Assembly: GCA_902622845.1 (NCBI GenBank) | Contig: CACNRI010000002.1 | Location: 196,398-260,397 of the forward strand | Source of the DNA: an uncultured SAR86 cluster bacterium | GTDB taxonomy: Bacteria > Pseudomonadota > Gammaproteobacteria > Magnimaribacterales > D2472 | Direction: 5' to 3' | DNA: 64,000 nt | Part shown: one piece after another, positions 9,305 to 19,740 of the stretch | Layout of the letters: every line of letters begins with the position of its first letter | Position numbering within the stretch: position 1 is the first letter of the stretch | Program-made: the position numbers and the translations under genes | The notes under the pieces: generated by a model | Seen by the model: the letters and a program-made list of their open reading frames with translations, nothing else | What the model was told of the DNA's origin: nothing | Database searches by the model: none

Positions 9305-10183
9305 ATGTTAAAAAATTTACAGGGAGCAAATTTCTTTTTAATACTATCCCTAGGAGCAATTTTGATAGGATTCGCACCAATATTTGTAAAGTGGAGTGAG
9401 CTTTCTTCTTCAGCGATATTATTTTGGAGAATGTTTCTGGCATTACCAATGCTGGCCATCCTTAATTATTTTCTTAATAAGACTTTTATTTTTAAGGTCA
9501 AAAATAAAAATACTATTTTATATACTGCAATAGCTTCTCTTGCATTCACAACTGATCTAATTCTTTGGCACTACAGTATGAATATAACTTCAGTTTCAAA
9601 TGCAACGATAATAGTGAACTCCGCTCCAATATTTGTAGCTCTTTTTGCCTATCTCATTTTCAAGGAAGTGCCCGCAAAAGGTTTCGGCGTTTCTTTTTTA
9701 ATAACTTACCTGGGAATAACTGGACTAATTATTTTTTCTAGCAATTATGCAAATGGAAAAATAATTGGCGATTTATTATGCATCATAGCCGCTATTGGCT
9801 ATGGAATATATTTGTTAATAATTGCCAAGCTAGGAAAAGAAACATCCCTGAACTTAATATTTTATACAACTCTTTTCTGCTGTCTTTTTTCAATTATTCC
9901 AATGATGCTAGATTCAGGAGTTAATTTTCCTAAATCAAATTTTGAATGGATTAATTTAATTTTGCTTGCTCTAGTTTGTCAATTTGGTGGCCAGTTTTTA
10001 ATAACATATGCTATTGGAAAGATCTCACCATCAAACGGTTCTATTGGATTGTTAATGCAGCCACTTACTGCAACAATTTTAGCTGCCTACTTATTTTCAG
10101 AATGGCTCAATCTTGCACAAATAATTTTTGCTGCTGTTACCCTCGTTGGAATATATTTTGCAAGACTAAGCATTACAAAATAG
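9305..10183 (+). CDS. DMT/EamA family transporter
   Basis: About 10 TM segments in two EamA-like repeats (NATIIVNSAPIFVAL; LLMQPLTATILAAYLFSEWL). Confidence 0.88.
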   Translation: MLKNLQGANFFLILSLGAILIGFAPIFVKWSELSSSAILFWRMFLALPMLAILNYFLNKTFIFKVKNKNTILYTAIASLAFTTDLILWHYSMNITSVSNATIIVNSAPIFVALFAYLIFKEVPAKGFGVSFLITYLGITGLIIFSSNYANGKIIGDLLCIIAAIGYGIYLLIIAKLGKETSLNLIFYTTLFCCLFSIIPMMLDSGVNFPKSNFEWINLILLALVCQFGGQFLITYAIGKISPSNGSIGLLMQPLTATILAAYLFSEWLNLAQIIFAAVTLVGIYFARLSITK

Positions 10184-10238
10184 CTTATTTAAAAATACTT
10201 AGACATCTTTAATGGATACAAAAATTACAAAATTTCAT

Positions 10239-10266
10239 TTGTATAGTCTAAATTAGCCAATATAAT
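10239..10266 (+). promoter_or_regulatory. Sigma70 promoter for tRNA-Val
   Basis: TTGTAT, 16 nt, TATAAT, ending 10 nt before the tRNA. Confidence 0.65.
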
Positions 10267-10276
10267 ACAACTCCGT

Positions 10277-10353
10277 GGGTGATTAGCTCAGTTTGGTAGA
10301 GCATCTCGTTTACACCGAGAGGGTCGGCAGTTCGAGCCTGTCATCACCCACCA
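10277..10353 (+). tRNA. tRNA-Val (anticodon UAC)
   Basis: GGGTGAT/ATCACCC acceptor stem; TCTCG-ttTACac-CGAGA anticodon arm; GTTCGA T-loop; encoded CCA. Confidence 0.97.
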
Positions 10354-10412
10354 TTCAAATATACTTGCAGAATTATTTTAAAAAGATATTATTCGCAAAC
10401 ATATATTTATGC

Positions 10413-10490
10413 GGACCGGTAGTTCAGTTTGGTTAGAATGCCGGCCTGTCACGCCGGAGGTCGCGGGTTCGAGTCCCGTCCGGTCCGCCA
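10413..10490 (+). tRNA. tRNA-Asp (anticodon GUC)
   Basis: GGACCGG/CCGGTCC acceptor; CCGGC-ctGTCac-GCCGG anticodon arm; encoded CCA. Confidence 0.97.
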
Positions 10491-10496
10491 GTTATT

Positions 10497-10904
10497 ATGG
10501 ATACTATTGTTGTAATACTTTTATCAATTACCTATTCGTTAATTATAGGAATTATTTTTGCTCAAGCCTTACTTACAGCTCCTGTTGTATTTAAAGTTCT
10601 TGACAATGAGACTGCTTCAAAATTCTTAAGAAGAATATTTCCAAGATATTACTTAATAATTTTCTTATTTTGCCTTCTAGCGGTATTAATTTCTTATCTT
10701 TTTCTGGAAAGAAGTTTCTTGATAATGGCTGCAATAAACAGCAGCCTTGCATTCATAGGATACATAATTATTCCTATGACAAACTCTGCTAGAGACAGGT
10801 CATGGGATAGACTTTTCACTTTTTTTCATAGGCTAAGTGTTTACATCACAATCTCCATCTTTATTTTTTCAATTACGGAAATAGTTAGAATTTCGCTTGC
10901 CTAA
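10497..10904 (+). CDS. DUF4149-like membrane protein
   Basis: APVVFKVL...FLRRIFPRYY pattern; four TM segments. Confidence 0.7.
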   Translation: MDTIVVILLSITYSLIIGIIFAQALLTAPVVFKVLDNETASKFLRRIFPRYYLIIFLFCLLAVLISYLFLERSFLIMAAINSSLAFIGYIIIPMTNSARDRSWDRLFTFFHRLSVYITISIFIFSITEIVRISLA

Positions 10905-10917
10905 AGCAATTACAAAA

Positions 10918-10949
10918 CTTGAAATATCTTAAATTAGCATTAACTATTA
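10918..10949 (+). promoter_or_regulatory. Possible sigma32 promoter of htpG
   Basis: CTTGAAA matches the sigma32 -35 consensus; the -10 element (AACTATTA, 17 nt later) is a poor match. Confidence 0.3.
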
Positions 10950-10964
10950 GCAGGGGATAAACTT

Positions 10965-12788
10965 ATGGGGAAAAGTAAAACAAAAAGTTTCCAGACTGAA
11001 ACTAAGCAGTTGCTTCAGTTGATGATTCATTCTCTTTACTCAAATAAAGAGATTTTTCTAAGAGAATTAATTTCAAATGCATCTGATGCACTTGATAAGC
11101 TTAGATTTAAATCTATAAGCAGCTCTAAATTAGCAAGTCTATCTGATGACTTGAAAATTAAGGTAATTGTTGATGAAGAAAATAAGACTTTAACCATATC
11201 TGATAATGGCATCGGAATGTCTGAAGAGGAAATAATTGAAAATATTGGGACGATTGCTAGATCTGGTACCGCAGAATTTCTTGGAAAACTCACTGGCGAT
11301 AAAAAGAAAGATTCAAATTTAATTGGACAGTTTGGAGTTGGTTTTTACTCTGTCTTTATGATTGCAGAGAAAGTACAAGTTCTCTCTAAATCAGCACAAA
11401 AGAAATCATCACAACCTATTCTTTGGGAAAGCAGTGGTGAAGATAAGTATAAGCTTACTGAAGTTGAAAAAAAATCACATGGAACCGACATAATAATTTA
11501 CTTGAGTGAAGAAAATCATGATTTTGCTAACAAGCAAAGGATAAGTTTTCTCATTAACAAATATTCACAATATATTAACTTTCCAATCTATCTTTCAAAT
11601 ATTGATGAGGAAGAGGAAGTTATTAATGAAACTGATGCATTATGGCTCAAACCCAAAAGATCAATTAAAGAAGATGAATATAATGAATTTTATAAATTTA
11701 TTAGTTTTGATCAGGATGATCCATTGCTAACAATTCATAATAAGGTTGAAGGCAAGCAAGAGTATTCTAATCTTTTATATATCCCAAAAAAGCCACCTTT
11801 TGATCTATGGAACAGAGAATCTCCAAGAGGAATAAAGCTTTATATTCAAAGAGTTTTTATTATGGATGATGCCGTCCATTTTTTACCCCTTTATTTAAGA
11901 TTTATTAGAGGCGTTATTGATTCAAGCGACTTACCTTTAAATGTGTCTAGAGAAATCCTTCAAGATCATCCTCTAGTAGATTCAATAAAAAAAGCTTTAA
12001 CTAAAAGAGTTATAGATGCTCTCAAAAAACTTAAAGACAATGATATCAATGCATATAAAGAATTTTGGAAGGAGTATGGTCTTGTTCTGAAGGAGGGACC
12101 TGCAGAAGATTTTGAACACAAGGAAGCAATTGCAGAACTTCTACTATTTGCTACATCAAATAAAGAAACACACGAAGTAGATCAAACTCTTGATGACTAC
12201 ATTTCTAGAATGCCTTCAGATCAAAAGGACATTTACTACTGTGTTGCTGACACATTTGAGGGTGCTTTAAACTCTCCACATCTTGAATCACTTAAATCTA
12301 AAAATACAGAGGTATTATTACTAACCGATAGAATAGATGAATGGTTGATGTCTACTCTTTTTGAATTCAAAGGTAAGAGTTTTATTAATGTGGCAAAAAC
12401 TAGCAATGAAACTGAAGAAAAACCTAAAACAACAAAAGATCAAAATGAGCTTTTAACAAAAGTTGCTGATCATTTAGGAGAAAGAGTCTCTGAAGTATTG
12501 CCTAGCTCACGATTAAAAGATTCTGCCTGCTGTTTAGTTCTGCATAGCAATGAACCAGGAATACAGCTTAGAAAGATACTTGAGGCTGCTGGTCAAAAAA
12601 TGGGTGATGCAGTTCCAATATTTGAGTTAAATATGAAGCACAAGCTCATTAAAAAGCTTTCAAAGATAGATGGTAAAGACTTTAAAGCGTTTGTAGATTT
12701 TCTCTATGACTATGCAGTAATTGCAGAAGGAGGATCTCCAAAAGATCCTTCTAAATACCTAAGACAACTTGATAAATATCTTTCTTAA
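10965..12788 (+). CDS. htpG: Chaperone HtpG (Hsp90)
   Basis: YSNKEIFLRELISNASDA, DNGIGM, IGQFGVGFYS, LPLNVSREILQ; GGGG SD upstream. Confidence 0.98.
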   Translation: MGKSKTKSFQTETKQLLQLMIHSLYSNKEIFLRELISNASDALDKLRFKSISSSKLASLSDDLKIKVIVDEENKTLTISDNGIGMSEEEIIENIGTIARSGTAEFLGKLTGDKKKDSNLIGQFGVGFYSVFMIAEKVQVLSKSAQKKSSQPILWESSGEDKYKLTEVEKKSHGTDIIIYLSEENHDFANKQRISFLINKYSQYINFPIYLSNIDEEEEVINETDALWLKPKRSIKEDEYNEFYKFISFDQDDPLLTIHNKVEGKQEYSNLLYIPKKPPFDLWNRESPRGIKLYIQRVFIMDDAVHFLPLYLRFIRGVIDSSDLPLNVSREILQDHPLVDSIKKALTKRVIDALKKLKDNDINAYKEFWKEYGLVLKEGPAEDFEHKEAIAELLLFATSNKETHEVDQTLDDYISRMPSDQKDIYYCVADTFEGALNSPHLESLKSKNTEVLLLTDRIDEWLMSTLFEFKGKSFINVAKTSNETEEKPKTTKDQNELLTKVADHLGERVSEVLPSSRLKDSACCLVLHSNEPGIQLRKILEAAGQKMGDAVPIFELNMKHKLIKKLSKIDGKDFKAFVDFLYDYAVIAEGGSPKDPSKYLRQLDKYLS

Positions 12789-12789
12789 T

Positions 12790-13815
12790 ATGAATAAAAA
12801 TTACAAAATTAGCGTTCTCGGTGGAGGAAGCTTTGGAACTGTATTAGCAAACTTAGCTGCATCGAAAGGACATGATGTATCTCTGTGGGTTAAAGATTCT
12901 GATAAAGCTTTAAGAATAAATTCTGAAAGCAGAAATACTGAATATCATCCCGAACTCAAACTCTCTAATAATATTATTGCTTCTGAGAAGCTAGAAGAAA
13001 TTATTCCAGAATCTGAAATAATATTTGTAGCTACTCCAAGTAAAATTATTAATGATGTCCTTGATAGAATCTCTGATTTCTCGATGGATAATAAGATGAT
13101 AATTTCATGCACTAAGGGCATTAATGAAAAACCTTTCATGACAATGTCTGAAACAATTGAAAAACACTTTAATAATTCCAGCATCAAGGTGGGTGTTTTA
13201 AGCGGACCAAATTTAGCAAGAGAAATTGCAGATGAAAAGGTTGCTGGAACAGTTATAGCAAGCAAGCATGCAGATCTTTGTCATCTAGGAAGAGAAATTC
13301 TGTCCTCAAGCACTTTTAAGATATACACAAGCGAAGATACTCAAGGTATAGAACTTGCGGGGGCTTTAAAAAATATTTATGCAATTATATCGGGTTATTG
13401 TCATTCTCTTGATGTAGGTGAGAACGCTATCGGACTTATACTGACAAGGAGCATGGCAGAAATGAGCACCTTTGCTGTTAGTAAGGGAGCAAATCCAATT
13501 ACTTTTCTAGGCCTTGCAGGAATGGGTGACTTGGTTGCAACTTGCTTTTCAAAATTATCAAGAAATTATCAGTTTGGTTGGGCCATTGGAGAAGGTCTTG
13601 ATATTGAGTCTGCAAAAAATAAAGTGGGTCAGGTAGCAGAGGGGTTAAATACTATTAAAATAATTCACAGCGAGATTTCTTCATCTGAAATCAAGATGCC
13701 ACTTGTATCTGGCATGCATGAAATATTGTTTAATAACGGAAGCAAAGAATTACTCTTGGAACAGATCATAAATAGTGAAATTTATGTTGATGTGAATTTT
13801 GATGTAGAATCATAG
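12790..13815 (+). CDS. gpsA: NAD(P)H-dependent glycerol-3-phosphate dehydrogenase
   Basis: VLGGGSFGT, LSGPNLA.EIA, GALKNIYAI, GLAGMGDLVATC.SKLSRN. Start set at ATG 12790, 1 nt after the htpG stop. Confidence 0.96.
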   Translation: MNKNYKISVLGGGSFGTVLANLAASKGHDVSLWVKDSDKALRINSESRNTEYHPELKLSNNIIASEKLEEIIPESEIIFVATPSKIINDVLDRISDFSMDNKMIISCTKGINEKPFMTMSETIEKHFNNSSIKVGVLSGPNLAREIADEKVAGTVIASKHADLCHLGREILSSSTFKIYTSEDTQGIELAGALKNIYAIISGYCHSLDVGENAIGLILTRSMAEMSTFAVSKGANPITFLGLAGMGDLVATCFSKLSRNYQFGWAIGEGLDIESAKNKVGQVAEGLNTIKIIHSEISSSEIKMPLVSGMHEILFNNGSKELLLEQIINSEIYVDVNFDVES

Positions 13816-13817
13816 CT

Positions 13818-14168
13818 ATGGAACAAATTAATAGAGAAGAAATTACAAAAACTAGTAAGTGGGCAAGACTCGTCTATATGCTAATTTATGCATTTATTTT
13901 TAATTTTAGTATTCCTTTTCTTTTTGGCTTTGCTTTAATTCAGTTTGTTTTCTTCTTATTAACCGGGAATGTTAATGAACCTTTATCAAGAGTTTGTTCC
14001 TGGTTGTTAAAGTTTTATAACCAAATCATTTCTTATCTTCTATTTCAAACTGATCTACCTCCATTTCCTTTTACTGATATTGATGGTGAATCGAGTCCAG
14101 ATGAAGTTGTTGTAGATTCAGAAATCGAAGAAGAAGTTCCTACAGAAGAAAAAGAAGAAACTAGTTAA
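13818..14168 (+). CDS. DUF4389-like membrane protein
   Basis: RLVYML...[12 protein letters not shown]...QII.YL.F.TD.PPFPF pattern; acidic tail. Confidence 0.75.
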   Translation: MEQINREEITKTSKWARLVYMLIYAFIFNFSIPFLFGFALIQFVFFLLTGNVNEPLSRVCSWLLKFYNQIISYLLFQTDLPPFPFTDIDGESSPDEVVVDSEIEEEVPTEEKEETS

Positions 14169-15000
14169 GAGTTTTCCTAGCAGCCTCCATAGTATTTAGA
14201 ATTAAAGTATTAATTGTCATTGGGCCCACACCACCCGGTACAGGGGTATACGAGGAAGCTATTTCTTCAATTCCATCTAAATCAATATCGCCACATTTTT
14301 CAGGATGGTAACCAGCATCGATTACTACAGCACCTTTTTTGAGCCATTCTTTTTTTATTAGCTTGGGAACACCAACTGCACCAACTACTAAATCTGCATT
14401 ACGCACATGATCCTCTAATTCCTTAGTTCGAGAATGACAAATCGTTACAGTTGCATTTTTGTTAAGAAGCATCATTGCCATCGGCTTTCCTAGAATAGGG
14501 CTTCTTCCAACTACAACAGCATTCATTCCAGATATGTCTACATCATAAAATTCAAGAATTCTCATAATCCCTGCAGGTGTGCATGATCCATATGCAGATA
14601 GACCCATAGACATTCTTCCAAAACCCAGGCATGTAACTCCATCAACATCTTTTTCTATGGAAATTCTCTCAAAACATTCTCTTTCATTGATTTGATTAGG
14701 GACTGGATGTTGCAACAAAATACCGTGAATTTTTTTATCATTATTTAGCTCATCAATTTTCAAAAGGAGTTCTTCTGTAGATGTTTCTTTAGGTAAATTA
14801 ATAGCTAATGATTCCATACCAACTCTTTTGCAAGTTTCTTGTTTCATTCTTACATATGTTTCAGATGCTGGATCGTCGCCCACAAGAATAGTTGCCAAGG
14901 TGGGAATTATTCCTTTTTCCTTTAAGACTGATACAGATTCCAAGATCTCTTTTTCAGAGTCACTTGCGAGTTTCTTTCCATCGAGTATTTGTGCTGGCAT
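14161..15000 (-). CDS. folD: Bifunctional methylene-THF dehydrogenase/cyclohydrolase
   Basis: [55 protein letters not shown]. Confidence 0.98.
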   Translation of the reverse strand: MPAQILDGKKLASDSEKEILESVSVLKEKGIIPTLATILVGDDPASETYVRMKQETCKRVGMESLAINLPKETSTEELLLKIDELNNDKKIHGILLQHPVPNQINERECFERISIEKDVDGVTCLGFGRMSMGLSAYGSCTPAGIMRILEFYDVDISGMNAVVVGRSPILGKPMAMMLLNKNATVTICHSRTKELEDHVRNADLVVGAVGVPKLIKKEWLKKGAVVIDAGYHPEKCGDIDLDGIEEIASSYTPVPGGVGPMTINTLILNTMEAARKTLN

Positions 15001-15041
15001 TTCAATATTTTCTCATCTTAAAATAATTATTCCAATGAAGA

Positions 15042-15070
15042 TTGATTATTTATCTCTAAAACTTTAAGAT
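15042..15070 (+). promoter_or_regulatory. Sigma70 promoter for tRNA-Pro/tRNA-Arg
   Basis: TTGATT, 17 nt, TAAGAT, ending 9 nt before the tRNA. Confidence 0.6.
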
Positions 15071-15079
15071 TCATTTCAC

Positions 15080-15156
15080 CGGGGTATAGCGCAGTCTGGT
15101 AGCGCACTCGCTTTGGGAGCGAGTGGTCGTAGGTTCAAATCCTACTACCCCGACCA
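15080..15156 (+). tRNA. tRNA-Pro (anticodon UGG)
   Basis: CGGGGTA/TACCCCG acceptor; CTCGC-ttTGGga-GCGAG anticodon arm; encoded CCA. Confidence 0.97.
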
Positions 15157-15157
15157 A

Positions 15158-15234
<77 letters not shown>

Positions 15235-15254
15235 TTTTTTGCTTTAATTTGATC

Positions 15255-16187
15255 ATGTTTAAAGTAGCAGCCTTATATAAGTTCTCTGAAATTGAAAATC
15301 CTTTAGAAGTTCAGATTTCTTTAAAGAAGATTCTAAAAAAGCTTTCTATCTATGGAACAATCTTGGTTGGAAGTGAGGGTATTAATGGGACAATAGCTGC
15401 TAAAAATGAAAAAAATCTCAATAAAGCCTTAATGCATCTAAAAAATCTCAAGGGCTTTAATGATTTAGATATAAAATTTTCAGACTCGAAAAAGAATCCT
15501 TTTGTAAGGTTAAAAATAAAATTAAAGCAGGAAATAGTTACTATTGGTGACAAATCTATAGATCCTACAAAAAGTGTAGGTGAGTATGTTAACCCTGAAG
15601 ACTGGAATTCCCTTTTAGAAGAAGAAAACATTCTTCTTATTGATACCAGAAATGATTATGAATATTCCATAGGCTCATTTAAAGATTCGATTAATCCAAA
15701 GACCCAAAAATTTAGAGACTTCCCAAAATGGTTAAAAGATCAGGATTTCACTCATGAGGATAAAAACAATAAAAAAGTTGCTATGTTTTGCACCGGAGGT
15801 ATTAGATGCGAAAAGGCTTCATCATTAATGAAAAATGAAGGATTTAAGAAGGTTTATCATCTTAAAGGCGGCATATTAAAATATTTTGAATCAGTTTCGA
15901 AAGAAAAATCTCTTTGGAATGGAGAATGTTTTGTTTTTGATGACAGAGTCTCAGTAAAACATGATTTATCTGTTGGGGATTATGATATGTGTCATGGATG
16001 TAGGATGCCCATCACAGAAAGAGATAAAACGTCTCAAAAATATACTCGTGGAGTTTCATGCCCAAATTGCTATGACCAAACTACAGAAGAGCAAAAATCT
16101 AGATATATGAGTAGACAAAAGCAAGTCGACCTTGCAAAACAAAGAAAGCAGAAGCATATCGGACCAAAAGAAGAAGTTTTCAATTAA
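15255..16187 (+). CDS. trhO: Oxygen-dependent tRNA U34 hydroxylase TrhO (YceA/UPF0176 rhodanese family)
   Basis: VAALYKF, GTILVGSEGINGT, LKIKLKQEIVT, DTRNDYE..IGSF, FCTGGIRCEKA, HLKGGILKY, WNGECFVFDDRV. Alternative TTG start at 15249. Confidence 0.93.
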   Translation: MFKVAALYKFSEIENPLEVQISLKKILKKLSIYGTILVGSEGINGTIAAKNEKNLNKALMHLKNLKGFNDLDIKFSDSKKNPFVRLKIKLKQEIVTIGDKSIDPTKSVGEYVNPEDWNSLLEEENILLIDTRNDYEYSIGSFKDSINPKTQKFRDFPKWLKDQDFTHEDKNNKKVAMFCTGGIRCEKASSLMKNEGFKKVYHLKGGILKYFESVSKEKSLWNGECFVFDDRVSVKHDLSVGDYDMCHGCRMPITERDKTSQKYTRGVSCPNCYDQTTEEQKSRYMSRQKQVDLAKQRKQKHIGPKEEVFN

Positions 16188-16191
16188 CCAT

Positions 16192-16839
16192 ATGAGTTAT
16201 CCAATTCTATACTCATTTAAAAGATGTCCTTATGCTATGAGGGCAAGAATGGCTTTACATCTGGCTGAAATTAAATGTGAAATAAGAGAAGTCAGGTTGA
16301 GCAATAAACCAGAACAGATGTTGGAGATATCACCAAAAGGTACTGTTCCAATCCTTATTTTGGAAGATAAAGTTATTGATGAAAGCTATGATATTGTAAA
16401 TTGGGTTATAGAAGAGAGTAATATTTTTGATGGAAATTTGGATTCAGATCAAATAGATTTAACAGAATCATTAATTAAAAAGTTTGATGATGAGTTTAAA
16501 CATCACTTAGACAGATATAAATATGCAACAAGATATGAGAATACAGATTCGGATTTTCACAGAGCTGAGTGTCTAAAGATATTAGTTGATCTTGAAGCTA
16601 TTGCTTCAAATGGTAAATGGATCTTTGGAGAAAATTTAAACAAACTGGATATCTCAATTTTACCTTTTATTCGCCAGTTTAGGATAGCAAATCCTGAGTG
16701 GTTTGATTCGCTTGAAGAGATAAGCAGAATTAGAAAGATTTTGAGTAATTATTTAGATTCAGAAGAGTTTGAAAAGATAATGTTTAAGTATGATGAATGG
16801 CAGTTAGAAGCAGAACCTGTTTATTTTCCACCAATATAA
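16192..16839 (+). CDS. Glutathione S-transferase family protein
   Basis: LYSFKRCPYAMRARMAL, SPKGTVP, DESYDI, FKHHLDRYKY, DISILPFIRQF. Start moved from 16132. Confidence 0.88.
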   Translation: MSYPILYSFKRCPYAMRARMALHLAEIKCEIREVRLSNKPEQMLEISPKGTVPILILEDKVIDESYDIVNWVIEESNIFDGNLDSDQIDLTESLIKKFDDEFKHHLDRYKYATRYENTDSDFHRAECLKILVDLEAIASNGKWIFGENLNKLDISILPFIRQFRIANPEWFDSLEEISRIRKILSNYLDSEEFEKIMFKYDEWQLEAEPVYFPPI

Positions 16840-16860
16840 TATTTAGTAATTATTATTGGC

Positions 16861-18276
16861 CTAAAGAGCAATCGTGTCGTAAGCTCCAGCAATCTTTTCT
16901 AGGGCAAGCTTAAAAGCTGCTATTTTTAAATTCGGTAATTTGCTTCTTAGCATCTGTCCTCTAATGTTTTGATAAGCATCCACCATCATGTCATTAAGTC
17001 CTGATCTAATAAGATCAATCTCATTAACTCCATCAAACAGTTTTAATTTATCTACTTTAGGCATCTTTTGATTCGTCATTTTCTCAACAACTTTTATTAG
17101 TTGATCAATTTGTGCCTTATCTCTTCTTTTTTCAAGTCTACCAAATCTCATTTGAGAAATATTTCTGACCCACTCAAAATAACTAACAACCACTCCACCT
17201 GCATTGAGATATACATCAGGAATAACTAAAACACCATTTTTATTTAGAGCTTTATCTCCTTTATATGTAACAGGTCCATTTGCTGCTTCAGCAACTACTT
17301 TTGCTCTTATATTTTTAGCATTTTTTTGATTTATAACATTCTCAACAGCTGCTGGAATTAAAATGTCACACTCTCTTTCAAGCTCCTTTGCTGAGTCGCT
17401 AAAAAACTTTCCATATGGACATCTTTTAAGGGTTTTACCTTCATCAAGCCATTTCTTAACTTTTTTTACTGGAAGGCCCTCTTCATTAAAGAGAGAGCCA
17501 CTTTTTTCAATAATTGAGATTATCTTACATCCATCATCCTCTGAGAGACATTTCGCAGCATGATACCCAACCTTACCAAGACCTTGCACAATAACTGTCT
17601 TGCCTTCAAGACCAGATTCAATTTTTTTGGTATCAAGAAGTTTTTTATCTTGAAAGAACTCACGAAGGCCGAATTGTACTCCTCTTCCAGTTGCTTCATT
17701 TCTTCCAGCTATTCCTTTTTTATTAAGAGGTTTTCCTGTCACACATGCTTTTCCATTAATATCATTTGGATGTAATTTTTGATATTCGTCTGCAATCCAT
17801 GCCATTTCCCTTTCGGAGGTGCCTAAATCAGGAGCAGGAACATTTTGACTGGGACATATTAGGTCTCTTTTAATTAGTTCTTGAGCAAATCTGCGAGTAA
17901 TCCTAGCCATTTCTCCACGTTCATATTTTTTAGGATCAATTTTTAGAGCTCCTTTAGAGCCAGAGAATGGAACATCAACTATTGCACATTTATATGACAT
18001 CAAGGCTGCCATAGATTCAACTTCATCCTGATTAGCGTCTATTGAATATCTAATTCCTCCTTTAGCAGGCATGATATGGTCTGAATGGACAGATCTCCAA
18101 CCAATAAAATTATGAATCTTTTTACCTAACTGCACCCCAAATCTTACCGTATAGGTAGAATTACAGATTTTAATCTGATCTGCTAAGTTAGTAGGGATTT
18201 TAGTATAGGAGAGGGCATCATCAAGAATTGATTCTGTGCTCTCCCAAAATGAATAGTTCGAACCATTATTGCCCAT
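16861..18276 (-). CDS. gdhA: Glu/Leu/Phe/Val dehydrogenase (glutamate dehydrogenase) with antenna-like insertion
   Basis: PAKGGIRY, MSYKCAIVDVPF, VPAPD.GT, GRNEATGRG, VQGLGKVG, EAANGP, NAGGVVVSYFEW; GGAGG SD. Confidence 0.93.
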   Translation of the reverse strand: MGNNGSNYSFWESTESILDDALSYTKIPTNLADQIKICNSTYTVRFGVQLGKKIHNFIGWRSVHSDHIMPAKGGIRYSIDANQDEVESMAALMSYKCAIVDVPFSGSKGALKIDPKKYERGEMARITRRFAQELIKRDLICPSQNVPAPDLGTSEREMAWIADEYQKLHPNDINGKACVTGKPLNKKGIAGRNEATGRGVQFGLREFFQDKKLLDTKKIESGLEGKTVIVQGLGKVGYHAAKCLSEDDGCKIISIIEKSGSLFNEEGLPVKKVKKWLDEGKTLKRCPYGKFFSDSAKELERECDILIPAAVENVINQKNAKNIRAKVVAEAANGPVTYKGDKALNKNGVLVIPDVYLNAGGVVVSYFEWVRNISQMRFGRLEKRRDKAQIDQLIKVVEKMTNQKMPKVDKLKLFDGVNEIDLIRSGLNDMMVDAYQNIRGQMLRSKLPNLKIAAFKLALEKIAGAYDTIAL

Positions 18277-18343
18277 TCAATTTATCCTCCCAAACAAATT
18301 TTACTATTTTTTTATCAATGTATCATTATAATACTTAGTTCGC

Positions 18344-18421
18344 GGCGGGCGTAGCTCAGTTGGTTAGAGCGCTGGATTGTGGCTCCGGAGGCCGTGGGTT
18401 CGAACCCCATCGCTCGCCCCA
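18344..18421 (+). tRNA. tRNA-His (anticodon GUG) with encoded G-1
   Basis: G-1 plus GCGGGCG/CGCTCGC acceptor, C73, CCA; CTGGA-ttGTGgc-TCCGG anticodon arm; TATAAT at 18327-18332 upstream. Confidence 0.97.
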
Positions 18422-18438
18422 TTAAAATAGGATAAAAA

Positions 18439-19740
18439 ATGGCAAGTAGTTTAAAAAAACTTAAAGATTTGGAAAGAAGTCTTACAGTTTCAATTGAAAA
18501 AGATTTGTATCAATCAAAGTTCAATGAAAAGATTTTGAACCTTAAAAAAAATGTAAAACTTGATGGATTCAGAAAGGGTAAAGTACCCAATGATGTTATC
18601 GAGCAAAGATATGGAGGATCTGTTCATGCTGAGGTCTTAAATGACCTTATTCAAGATTCATACCCTAGAGAAATTGCTGATAAGCAAATAAGACCAGCAA
18701 ACACTCCAACTATTTCAATGGTTGAGGACAATCCTGATAAAGGCATTAAATACAATGCAGTATTTGAAGTTTTCCCAGATATTAAACCAAAAGTAAGTAG
18801 TTGGAAGACTTATGAAAAACATAAAATTAATATTGTCGATGAAGATGTCGACCACGCTATACAAGATATCTTAGAGAGATATGGAGATTGGGAGAAAGTA
18901 GAGAGGAATTCTGCAGAAAATGATCAAGTAGTCATTGATTTTGAGGGCACTATCGAAGGTGAGTCTTTTGATGGAAATACAGCCAAAGACTTTAAATTAA
19001 TTATTGGCTCCAAATCCATGATTCCCGGGTTTGAAGATCAATTGATTAATAAAAAGATAAATTCAGATTTTGAAATTAAGACAAACTTTCCTGATGATTA
19101 CTTTAAAAAAGATCTAGCCGGCAAAGAGGCAGTTTTCAAGATTAATTTAAAAGAGGTTCAAGAAAATGTCCCATCAAAAATTAATAAAGATCTATTTAAG
19201 AAGCTTGCTATGGAAGTTAAGAATGAAAATGAATTTCGTGATGAGATCAGAAAAAGAATGGAGAACGAGTCTTTGACTCAAGAAAAAACTCTCACAAAAG
19301 ATTCTATGTATGAGCTTCTCCTAAAAATTAACAAATTTTCTGCACCTCAATGCACCATTAGAGAGCAATCTGAATTAATGAGAAAAGAAGCTCTTTCAAG
19401 AATAGGAAGAAATCCTGATGGGGAAAGTGATAATGATCTTTTTCCTCTGGATACTTTTAAAGAAAATGCTGAAAAGAGAGTGAAACTTGATCTTTTATTC
19501 ACTGCTTTATTAAATCACTATGATTTAAAAGTGAATCAAGATGATCTTAAAGAATTTATTGAGGAAGAAGCAAAAAGATATAAAGATCCTAAACAATTTG
19601 AGACTTGGGTATATAATCAACCTAACCAGTTGGATCAATACAGAATGATAGTTCTTGAGAATCAGTTGGTTGAAAAATTGGATAATGATCTTAAATCAAA
19701 GGATAAGGTTATTAACTTTAAGGATTTATCGAAATACTAA
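18439..19740 (+). CDS. tig: Trigger factor
   Basis: [10 protein letters not shown] ribosome-binding motif; FKBP domain (VVIDFEG, MIPGFED). Confidence 0.96.
   Translation: MASSLKKLKDLERSLTVSIEKDLYQSKFNEKILNLKKNVKLDGFRKGKVPNDVIEQRYGGSVHAEVLNDLIQDSYPREIADKQIRPANTPTISMVEDNPDKGIKYNAVFEVFPDIKPKVSSWKTYEKHKINIVDEDVDHAIQDILERYGDWEKVERNSAENDQVVIDFEGTIEGESFDGNTAKDFKLIIGSKSMIPGFEDQLINKKINSDFEIKTNFPDDYFKKDLAGKEAVFKINLKEVQENVPSKINKDLFKKLAMEVKNENEFRDEIRKRMENESLTQEKTLTKDSMYELLLKINKFSAPQCTIREQSELMRKEALSRIGRNPDGESDNDLFPLDTFKENAEKRVKLDLLFTALLNHYDLKVNQDDLKEFIEEEAKRYKDPKQFETWVYNQPNQLDQYRMIVLENQLVEKLDNDLKSKDKVINFKDLSKY

Noticed and set aside
9288-9449. N-terminal 54-aa extension of xseA in the ORF track
   Set aside because: It overlaps the divergent DMT gene in antisense. 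Homology starts at MDKDIVEQ (9287), which has a TATACT -10 six nt upstream.
10409-10594. 61-aa plus-strand ORF
   Set aside because: It is a translation of tRNA-Asp and an off-frame part of the DUF4149 gene.
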